This document shows, one piece after another, positions 9,101 through 19,600 of a stretch of DNA of 64,000 bases. The stretch covers positions 124,001 to 188,000 of the forward strand of contig NW_015171503.1 in the NCBI RefSeq assembly GCF_001447785.1, in the 5' to 3' direction. The translations under genes and the position numbers were made by a program. Position 1 is the stretch's first letter, and each line of letters begins with the position of its first letter. The notes beneath the pieces were generated by a model. The model was not told the origin of the DNA and searched no databases. It was given only the letters and a program-made list of their open reading frames with translations. The stretch is from Gekko japonicus (taxonomy: Eukaryota).

Positions 9101-11713
9101 NNNNNNNNNNNNNNNNNNNNNNNNNNNNNNNNNNNNNNNNNNNGGCTGTCATTCCACCCCATAGTCTCTCATTCCAGTCCCAGAACACTTCTGTTACTCC
9201 CAGGGACTGTCATTCCATTCTGTGGTCTCTCATTCCATCCCCAGGGTAGTGTATTTGGACCAAGAGACCTTAATAGAAAATCCATTCCGCATTTTTATTG
9301 CAACTCTACTTGTACTGTAATATATTTCAGTGGAGCCCATGCAAGTCAATTGGCATTCCGGGCTCCCATTATTTCCAATGGGCCTTGAAGCGTCTTCCAT
9401 TGTTTCCAATGGGTAAGCCTGTCCTTCCTTTTAGTACATCCCATGTAGAACTAGCAATATTAACAATATCTGTCAGTGATGTTGTGTAGCTATGACTTAT
9501 GTTTCTGCTATCTCTGTGTGTATGTATGAGTGTGTGTGTGTTTCCAATGGCTTTTACAAAGAAAATGGTTGGAGAGATTACTGACTAAAGGCAGAACTAC
9601 CGTGTGTAATTATTAGACCTTTCAAAGCATGGTGAAAAGTTCTGCTGTGGGAGGGTGACTTTTTATGCGAAAATGACAAGGGGTGGTTAAGAAGCCCACT
9701 ATTGTAGTTTTTAAAGCTTTTGTTCAGTGGCTGCAACTATCCATTAAAGGCTCACTGGAGTGCATGTAGTTCTGCTGTTAACCGATTCAGGGACAATCCT
9801 GTGGCTTCCAGGATTGTAAATATCTTAACAGGATATCAATTTCATGTGTCTTAATTCTTGCCTTCGTTCTGCAGATTGAGGCAGAAGTAAACCCTAAAGC
9901 TTATCCACTAGCCGATGCCCAGCTCACAAAGACACTGCTGGATCTCGTACAGCAGTCCTGCAACTACAAACAGTTACGCAAAGGAGCCAATGAAGGTGAG
10001 AGAGCTGTTTGAACTTGTGCAGAAGATTAGTGTAGCATATTAAAGGGATTTTGTTTTCTTATGGGTAACGTAACTGCAACTTTATGGAGTATACTCTTAA
10101 ACACCCCCTGCCTTCCTTGGTTATTACCTTGCCCTAGCAGTGAAAGCTGCTGCTGATCCAGATATGTTGATCATAGGACCAGCTGAGGTATGTTTCTCTC
10201 ACCTGCTGTTTTATTTCTGCAAGGTCACATTACAAATAAATGTGTCTGGAAATAGAGACAGGTCTGACTGTCAAGTATCTTCTGGTAGGATCAGAATCTC
10301 AGTTGGTTTTTAAATATGGCAAGAGAATGTTCCAATTTGGGCTGTGATCACACACACACTAAATAATCCACTTTCAATCCACTTTTCAACTGGATTTTAC
10401 TGTGTGAACTGGCAAAATTCAGTTGGAAAGTGGATTGAAAGTAAATTATTTAGCACGTGTGATTGCAGCCTTGGAGTCTTCCCTTACCAGTCTGCATACT
10501 AGCTTAATAGAATTTTGCAGTTAATAGTACCTGTTTGTATGTAACCATCATTTGTAAACCATGATTTGTAAACAGCCAAAATATTAAATCCTCCCATATT
10601 GTCTTCAGTGATATAGGAGCAGTAAATTATTGATGAAGGAATGGCTCTGGCAGCATGTTGTTTTCATCAAAAGTCCAATCCTCTAGATTAGGGGTGTCAA
10701 ATATGTGGCCTGGGGGCCAGATCAGGCCCGCAGTGGAACTGGCTATCTTTTGCTGCTGCATCATCATAGGTTTGCAGCTTACAGATACACACCTGAACAG
10801 CATACTCAAGATTGCAACAGCACATACATTTTGATGCAATAATTCCGAGCAAGAGGTGTCAGTTATCAGACCCTGTTAAATTCAGAAGACAACAGCAAAC
10901 CATTTGTAACCTCTTGCCTAGAAAACCCCATGAGGGATTTCCCTGAGTCAGTTTATTATGGCACTTTATTATGTGATACTGTAGTTTCAGAAAAAGAGCC
11001 AGTTTGGTGTAGTGGCTACGAGTGTGGACTCGAATCTGGGAGAACCAGGTTTGAATCCTCACTCCTCCACATGCAGCTGCCAGTGTGACCTTGGGTCAAT
11101 CATGGCTCTCACAGAGCTGTTCTGTCAAGAGCAGTTCTCAAGAGAGCTCCTCTCAGCCCCACTCACAGGGTGTCTGTTGTAGGGAGGGGAAGGGAGATTG
11201 TAAACCACTCTGAGACTCCTTCAGGTAGTGAAGGGCAGGGTATAAATCCAATCTCTTCTTCTTTTCCATCCTGGCTAACATGGGTTAGGATCTGAAGAAG
11301 TGCATGGCTAGTAACAGTCCAACATGGTATATGAAACCTATCCCATAGGATTTGTTAATTTGATAAGGTTGAAAGTAGCAGTTAGTGAATATATTATAGA
11401 GGTTTTAAGAAATGAAGCTGTAGTTGATGTATGACTCTTCTTTTCCATAGCCACTAAAACTTTGAACAGAGGAATTGCTGAATTCATTGTGATGGCTGCA
11501 GATGCTGAGCCCCTTGAAATCATCCTGCATCTTCCACTGCTGTGTGAGGACAAGAATGTGCCCTACGTATTTGTGCGCTCCAAGCAGGCCCTGGGCCGGG
11601 CATGTGGTGTTTCTCGCCCCGTAATTGCCTGTTCCATTACCATCAAAGAAGGTTCACAACTGAAGCCTCAAATTCAATCTGTTCAACAAGCCATTGAGAG
11701 ACTATTAGTCTAA
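6177..11713 (+). CDS. SNU13: SNU13/NHP2L1 (15.5K, U4/U6.U5 and box C/D snoRNP protein), complete: exons 6177-6179, 9875-9995, 11451-11713
   Basis: ATG-only first coding exon (ATG|GTGAGG). 3+121+263=387 nt = 128 aa: [128 protein letters not shown]. Confidence 0.97.
6738..7256. other. Assembly gap
   Basis: Run of N. Confidence 1.
7257..7680 (+). repeat. 61-bp minisatellite, left arm
   Basis: GAGTGG(A)ATGACAGCCCCAG... recurs at 7269, 7330, 7391, 7452. Confidence 0.9.
7925..9245 (-). repeat. 58-61-bp minisatellite, right arm (reverse complement of the left-arm unit)
   Basis: Exact 117-bp higher-order duplication (7991/8108) and about five identical 58-bp units at 8367-8690. Confidence 0.9.
8945..9143. 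other. Assembly gap
   Basis: Run of N. Confidence 1.
9875..9995 (+). CDS. SNU13: SNU13 exon 2
   Basis: ctgcag| acceptor, |gtgaga donor; [14 protein letters not shown]...KGANE. Confidence 0.96.
10340..10470. mobile_element. Palindromic MITE, PIF/Harbinger-like
   Basis: GGCTGTGATCACAC...GTGTGATTGCAGCC is nearly self-complementary over its whole length; 3-bp TTG duplication on both sides. Confidence 0.7.
10995..11262 (+). mobile_element. tRNA-derived SINE, near full length
   Basis: AGAGCCAGTTTGGTGTAGTGG head, GGTTTGAATCC, (TCT)n tail. Confidence 0.8.
11451..11713 (+). CDS. SNU13: SNU13 exon 3 (coding part)
   Basis: ccatag| acceptor; L7Ae-family sequence ending AIERLLV-TAA. Confidence 0.97.
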
Positions 11714-12284
11714 ATTTATGTAGCTGCCCCATACTAAATTAGAGTAACTCAAGGAAAGATGATTGATGTTTATTTTGTATCAGTTTTTTGGTTTGTCTTG
11801 TCATTTGTACAGTATTTACATCTATTAGATTTCAGTTGTTTACCATGTTTGCCTCTTCCTTCTGCCTGCCTCAAAGTATTTGCTCTTTAAGTCTTCAAGA
11901 TGAATTAATCATTTTAATAAGGGTATACTTCCGGTGAAATCACTCTCTCCAAGTAGGATTTAATTAGCCTAAACTTTTTGGTAATAAACTTGATTTGCAG
12001 AAGCATTTCTGGCAGAAGATTTGGACTCTAGGAAAGAAACCGTATCCCAGGACTGTCCATTATTACTCAAGTGTCGTATGAGAAAACTGAAGGTGTATCG
12101 TTAGGCTCTCCAATCACTTGCCTTTATGCAGGCTCAAAATGGAAGCCAGGCTGTAGTATAGCTCAAGCCAGGACCAAAATTCTAATCTGATTAAAATTTA
12201 ACCCATACATACTCTTAGGAAATAGAAGAGAGATGAAAAACTTTTGTATTGCCAAAGACAGTGGGGTTCAACATGTTTTTTTAA

Positions 12285-12290
12285 AATAAA
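12285..12290 (+). terminator. Candidate SNU13 polyadenylation signal
   Basis: AATAAA followed by T/GT-rich sequence; another AATAAA at 11983. Confidence 0.5.
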
Positions 12291-13277
12291 TATTACAATT
12301 TAATGTATATACTCTGTAATTGCCTTTGTTATAATTTTAGCTGATGCCACTGCAGCATACTTACAGAACAAGTAGTCTTCACAGCTGCTACTGACTGTGT
12401 GAACTCAAAAGGTGTAGTCCTCAAAAAAATCAAGTCTGATTTTCATAGCTCTGGAAAATATGTATTCAGGAGAAGGATTTAAGTGTTCCTTTATAGTGAC
12501 CAAAATCAAGTTGACAGCTTGTTCCAAGAAAAGAGCTTATATAATCGCTGGCACATGTTCCTGTGAGGTTTACAACTCTTGTTATCTCCCTGGAGCTTGG
12601 TAACTTGGCTGATCTCTGCCCCCTAGCCAGCCTTCACATACGTGGTGCTTTGTAACTCAATGCCCAGCTTATGGAAGGAAGAATTGCTCCAAAGTTTCTG
12701 ATTTGTCTGGCTCTTAATGACACTGTTTTGTTACACCTTTTTAAACATTCTCTGTAAGTCAAGCACTGTTTTAATTTGCAATAAGATAGTATGCTGCAGT
12801 CTGACCAAAAATCATGACAATAAATGCCCCTTGGTTTGAGTTTACCTTTACAGTAAGGCTATGGCTTATTTAAATCACATCCTCTTTGCAAGCAGAAAGC
12901 ACAATATTGGTTGGAGTCGTCCTTAAGGGTAGGATTTTCTGTTGTGAATCCTATGATTGGGGGTGGGGCTTTGTTTTAATATAGGGTTTTTAAAAAAATC
13001 ACATTTAGTAGCTTACTTAAGTACTTCACTTTCAGGAGCTGTGTATAACTCTTCTTTTATGAGTTAATATTGTTTGAATGGCAGAACAGAATTGACTTGT
13101 CTGTCTTGCATTCAGCAATGTTAATGACAATTAACTGGAAGGTTAAAAGGTAAGGCCCTAACAGTTGTACATCCCCCTTACATGCAGTCTAAGTTTTTCT
13201 ATGATACACATTATCATGTTTTAAGTACAAAATTGCAACCAGGAATCAACTGAACACAGCATTACAAAACATACTGA

Positions 13278-13283
13278 TTTATT
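13278..13283 (-). terminator. Candidate XRCC6 polyadenylation signal
   Basis: TTTATT on plus, ~160 nt past the stop codon. Confidence 0.6.
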
Positions 13284-13443
13284 CAGACACAAAAAAGGGC
13301 ATACAAATGTTCATTTTAAGACAAGAGCCAGAACTGCCACATGAACCCAAGTAGACAGCTAGACGTTCCATTGTATTCTATATCATACATTTGAAACTGG
13401 GTGAAGAAAGGAAACATCTGAAGTTCTATATAGGCCTCAGTTC

Positions 13444-13643
13444 TTAGTGGCTACTGAAGCGTTCAGTGATTAAATCTAGAAGTTCTTGCTTCTTCCCTCC
13501 TCCCTTCAGCCCATAGATCTTGCACACATCCTTCAGAAGTGGTACAGTGAGCTTCCCCAAAGTGCCTTTTCTAATATGATTCTTTAGCTCCTCTTCAGAG
13601 ATTTCGATCTTTGCTTTCTTTTCCAATTGTTCCGAGCCATCTC
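13444..13643 (-). CDS. XRCC6: XRCC6 last coding exon (SAP domain)
   Basis: [39 protein letters not shown]...ERFSSH-stop. Confidence 0.95.
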
Positions 13644-16600
13644 CTGTTAGAAAAAGATGGAGATCCATGTTTTATAAACAGTTTATCCAACAATTCAAGA
13701 ATATGTTCCTTTGCAAAATATCCTGAATAGCTAAGTAACAAAATGTCTTTCACTCCAAGCACTGTTCATTCGTAGTATCTACTGAATAAACTTAACTACC
13801 TGGTTTCACTAAGTGTTTTGATCGTTTATGATTCATAAAACAGATGGAATTGGGGCCAGGATAATCCAACACCATTCAAAAGTAGAAAAGGAAGGTAGGT
13901 ATTTAACAGCAAACATCCCTCAAAAGGCGAACAAAACAGTTGCTCACCTAGTAGTATTAATACACAAGTGCATAAACCCATTCTACAGATTTTTGCGCAC
14001 CTTTGTAATCTTACCTTGTTTGCGCTTTGTAGCTTTCCCTTCAGGATTATAATCAGGTGGATAAACCAGCTGCTTGAATTCCTCCACAAGGTTACCTACC
14101 CTGCAGTCTATTGCCTCAGTCTTAGGCACTGGAATATAAAAAAAAACCCTACCAAAGCTTAAAAGAGAATGGCTGAATTATACTAGAGTATACTGAAGTG
14201 ATGGCATTATAAAAGAAAGGTTATGCAAAAATGTTTGTAAACAAGTTTAATGACATGATCAAGTTTTAAACACAAAAGAGGAACATTGCTTCTACTGCAA
14301 AATCTGTATTACTAAAGTATCTTTCCTTATATATGAAAGTCTCCTTATATGTATAACTTTTGGTATGACCTCTGCACATGCTCCTGCAGCCTTCGGCTCC
14401 CTCGCCTGCCACTCTGAAGGATACCCTGGCTGTATTGGCTGGCTCCCTTGTCTCCGTCCTGTCCACAGAGGCAGTCGCCAGCGTCTCAGGCTCAGTGTGC
14501 TCTGAGCCAGCCCACGGGACGGACGCTCCAGCGGCCGGAGGATGAGCAGACCAACTGGGAGATGCAGGGAAGAGGAGTGAGAGGGCAAAAACGTTCGGAC
14601 ACCTGGGTGGGAAGAGGAACGCCGCCCAATGGGCTCTCTCCCATGCTCGGGGGGGCCCCCTCCGCTGCTGTGTCTGCCGCCCGGCAGGAACAAGCCCCGA
14701 ACCTCTGGCAGCCGAGCAGACGGGGGCCCGCAGGGTACTCCCACGCCAATGGCTGCCCAGGCGACTTGACACCCCAGCACTATCTCAGCCCACCCTTGCC
14801 ATGCTTGGCCTCCTCTTTCTTCCTCATACAGAGACCGGCGCCTCTTCCTGCCTGCCCGCCTGCCCCTGGCCTGCTTCCACAAGCACTCCGCAGCATGGGC
14901 CAACTGCGCTGAGGTGCCACTGGCCTTGGAAGCAGCCGAGGAGGAAGCGAGAGCAGGGCGGTGGCTGCTGCTACACCAGGAGACCGCCCCTCCACTGGCA
15001 GCCCTGTCGTCAGTCGTCCACCTCACACGAAGTGGCTCTGACACCACTCTGTGCTGTGCCCTGCCACCACCACCGGACACACCGCGAGGCCTCCGTGCTG
15101 CAGACCCACCTCCGCACCAAATGCCACCTCCTGTTCAACCCCGGTGGCAGGAACCGGGGCAGCAGCAGACTGGCACTGCTCTGCCCGCCGCTGGGCCCGG
15201 AGGACGAGACTGCCTCCGCCCCTTCTTCTCGCGAAGGGCCTATTTAGCTGTAGTCTGTCTTTGGAAATGAAAAATAAATACTTTGGATCTTCTTTTAAAA
15301 AGTACCTAGGGGCAGATAAGCCACTCGGGATGGAAATCTAGACAGAACTTCAGCTTTCAGGTAAAACAGTGAATGTCCTACATACTGTTCTGTGGCAGTC
15401 TTTAGCTGCAGCACAAAAAGTCACAAATTTAGTTTAATCCCAACCATATATTTCACCTCTTGCAACACCATAGGTTTTAATAATTTTAAAATACCTAATA
15501 CCCCATAATTCTGTTTCTAAACATTTATGACTAAGAAAAAGCCAAAGAAATCTATTTCCCTGAATTAGTTTTACCTGTCAGATCCTCAGCCTTCTCAGGC
15601 TCCATCAGGTCAAGGGCCAAGGCCTCCAAGTTCATATAGTGCTGCTGGAGAACTGGGTTCTCAAAGCTGTCACTCCTGTGGAGACACCCCAGGGGGGAAA
15701 ATGCCAAGGACGTCAAAGAAAAGCAGACGGTACCAGCTCAGTCCTAACATGAATATCCTCAGATGGTTTTTCAAAAAGATCTACAGCATTTCACTAAAAG
15801 TAATAGATTATCTTCATCCTAAAGTAACTGAGATGTCAGCAGCTCTGGCTCTATTAGCAAAGCTTTATAAAATACAAGAAATGAAGATCATATATACTCC
15901 ATATTTTTATCTCCATCCTGTTGCCTTATGGCTCCTATTCTTCAAGAAATAACATTACAAAATACCAGAGTGCTATTTACTTAGACACTAATTATTTTTG
16001 ATGTGCCATTATAATCAAAAATAGGCTAGTTTAACTCTGCTCTATGTAGTAGAAAGACCACAAATATCAAAACTATTGTTCTATGGCAAGCTATATGTGA
16101 CCATGGCAAATAACTCTGAATGAGTAGTACTAGCCTTGTTCTTTGCATGCCACAGGCTTAGATAGCCCTTACAATGACAGCTACATTAATCCATTTGCAA
16201 TCCTTAAAAAGTCTTTCATCACTGAACACCTGGAAGGCCACTTCAAATATGACAAAATACTTATTTTTAAAAGCCTCAGTAGCTCGTAAAAGCTGCAAAC
16301 AAGTTCTTGACTTCCAGTATATGTTACTCAGGTTGGATGTTTTCTGTGTCAGAATGTTGTCCATTTCAAAGCAACCCCTATTCATTGTTGGAGGTTAGAA
16401 TGCAATTCATCCCATCCATTCTTAGTTTTTCTATAAAAGTAATTCGTTCTTTATGTATAGATATGCTTTGGCTTAATTACCAGCTGTAAGACACTGTATT
16501 GTAACGGGTGCTAGGGGATTTAGCTGAGTAAGTCGAGAGTTTTATGATACCATCACAATAACACTTGAGCAAGAGAACCTAAACTTGGAATATGGGGATG

Positions 16601-19600
16601 CTTTGCCTGTCTTAAAAATAAGTTTCATAGGATATTGCACTCTTCAGGCTTTTAAAGTCAATCTAAACTTAGATTTCAGGTTTGGTAGCCAGTGTTATAA
16701 CCCAGAGAATAGTTGCTGAGAACTGCAGAAGTACTACATATTACAGTAGTACTATACAGTAGTTAATAAAATGTTCATTGTGGATGTCTCTTTGGAACCC
16801 CAAGAACTGTTAGGCACATATATGCCATTCATTTTCTAGTCATGTGGTTTTCTATTCACCTGTACTTGAACCGAAGCTTCTGGACAATTTCCTTCATTTT
16901 GTCCACCTGTTCTTGATTAGCTGGGACTTTTTCAGTAAAGTCAATGTTCCTTTTGTCATCTGCATAGGGTAGGAAAATCACATGAAAACCTAAGAGAGGA
17001 AGACAAAAAATCAAATACCGTGAGAGAAGATACATAAAAGCACATATGGAAATGGACACAAATTCTCAATAGTCAAAACAATAATCTCATTTTTCAGAAT
17101 GCAGCACCCCTAACTGTTAATTTCTATGTTTTTGAGGCATAAGTGCAATTACCAGTCTAAAATCTTTTCTTAAACATGTTTTTTATTGTAGACTCTTAAA
17201 TCTAATAACTAATAGTGCTGTACTATTGTGTCAATGCCAACAGTCTTACCAACTCTGTATTCCATTTCTTATATATTGTGCAAATTGGCTTTAGTATGTT
17301 GTCAAGATATTCCCCCTTTAAACAACTGTAAGTGATTGCTGTAGCCAGACAGTTAATGTAAGGCACTAGGATGTAGTTAGCGAAGTAGGTCAGCTAAGTG
17401 ACATCTGGATCTAATTAATGGCTATTGTAAGCTAGTGCACCTGGCAACTGTCAGAGTAAGAAATGACTCAGCTAGATCTTGACAGTTCTCCATCTAAGTC
17501 AGCCACGTGTGAACATCCAATTAGTTTAGGATTGGCTGACAGCCGGCCAGCTATTTAGTGGGAGCCGAGGCAAAGCCAGTTAGCAGACGCAGGCTTGCAA
17601 GAGAGAAGCATCTAGCCATTATGCTGTACTGCTCACGGTTGCTGGAGTGGAAGGCCGGGACGGTCTGCACGTCGGACCAGACGGATTGCTAATCACCAGC
17701 CAGCCTCTACGTTTGTTGCCGCTTAGAGCCAAGAGCTCAGGGAAATATAGAGCCAGTTTAGTTAGCTTTTGTGTTTCTTTGTTTGTTCCACGTACATTTT
17801 CCTTGTCCCTAACTTGTGTGTTTTTAATTGTTTATAATAAACTTATGTATTATTTTAATTGGACAGAGTCACTGACCCGTATATTTGGTTAATTGGCATT
17901 ATTTAGTAAAAAGGGAAACCAAACAGTCATTATCTTTCCTGCTCTCGTTGTGCTGGTTTATACAACCCTGAAGTAAGGTAAACACCCTGTAGTCTCTGCG
18001 GTGGCTTGAAAAGTAGCCGATAAGGCAGAGGCAGAAGGGCAGGGTCATGACCAGGGTTCCCTCTAAGCTGAGTTAGTGTGAGCCAGCTCAGAGTTTTTTA
18101 GCCTCCGGCTCACACATTTTTGTCTTAGCTCAGGAAGGGATGGCTTCACAGCAAGCTAATCTATGCAGCAGCCAAATCACTTGCTCACAACTTTGATGCC
18201 GGTAGCTCACAAAGTAGAATTTTTGCTCACAGGACTCCACAGCTTAGAGGGAACATTGGTCATGACATATGTCTGTGACTTGTTTATACATATCAGCAGC
18301 TAAAATACCTTCTGCCTTTACTAGATCAGACCACAAAAGGGTAGTTCACTTGACTAAAATGTTTTGTAAGTGTTTTAATGGGACAGTCTGCCACCATGAG
18401 AGCTTAGAGAAGTTCTAAGTTATTTCAAATATTTTTAAAAAATCAACATTCAGACTAAGCAACTACTGTACAGTTATGATTCTGGCATCTGCCCACTAAT
18501 AGTGGAGAAAAGCAATCTTGAAACCTAAGTTTTCCCACATAGTTAAATTTGCTTCTGAAAAGGGATCAAAAAGAAACTGTTTACCCAGTCCAATTTTCCT
18601 AGTTGCTGTGACTGGATATATACATAGTTGTGCTGAAACAGACCTATATCATTATTAAACCAAGGTACTCGAAATACTAATAATCCTGTGTATTATTGAT
18701 TATATAAATCTAAAAACGTAGGATGCTGTTAATTAGTCGCAGCTGAAAGCAGTCCATGGTAGACACTGAAAACTAAGTATGATATGAGAGATGGAGAAAA
18801 ATCTCTTCATATGTACTTTCCCCCCATCATGTAAAGACATTAACCTCCACTAAATCAGATAGCAGAAAATGTATTTATGTCCCACCTTTCTCCACAAATG
18901 GGACCCAAAGCAGCTTATATCATTCTCCATTTTATCCTCACAACAACTCTGTGAGGTAGGTTAGGCTGAGAGTGTGTGAGTGGCAAACTTCCATGGAAGA
19001 GTGGGGGTTTGAACCTGGGTTTTCCAGATCCCACTCTGACACTTTAACCACTACACTACACATCAGACAGATAGAGCAGCACCCCTAGCCAGATGCACAA
19101 TGGAAAAGCCAAGAACATCACTGACCTGGGGGAGCTGTCTGCACATTCTGCTCATCCAGGACTTCTTCTTGAGGAACCAGGACTACGAACCTGGGAGGGG
19201 TATTGCGACGGGGGATGTACCTGCAGACAGCCATTACTTCTTTCTCTAGACACTTGATTAGCAAAGCATTAAATAACGTTGTGCTTCCTGTAAGAAAAAT
19301 TCCACGCTTGTTACACTACATGATTCGGGTACCTGACACACGTATTTGATATAACTGCAGACTGAAGCATTTTCAGAAGTAGTTATGGGTAACTGTGTAT
19401 CTGTGGTTGGCTGTCTGTATTTTGAAGAAGACAGAAACAGGTTCTGTTTTTAAATGTGCTTTCTTTCTCGATTGTAGCAGTATTTAGCACTGATATAATA
19501 ACCTTCAAGTATTCAAACTGGTTCATTTATATTACCTCAGTAATCTTTACAACAGTCCTATAAAATAGATACTTTTTATATATTTAAAATATATGCTGGA

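Larger units (their letters stand above)
6651..9443. mobile_element. Foldback-like non-autonomous DNA element with long TIRs and inverted minisatellite arms
   Basis: 6651-6737 (TGGGATGTAC...GGAATG, cut by a gap) is the reverse complement of 9354-9443. Arrays at 7257-7680 and ~7925-9245 are in opposite orientation. Imperfect flanking repeat TGTAAAA/TGTAGAA. Confidence 0.75.

Noticed and set aside
7257-9245. CRISPR-like array
   Set aside because: Head-to-tail tandem units with no unique spacers, no cas genes, and a vertebrate intron context
14292-15080. 262-aa minus-strand ORF as a nested gene or extra XRCC6 exon
   Set aside because: Low-complexity product; the XRCC6 exon chain is complete and in phase without it
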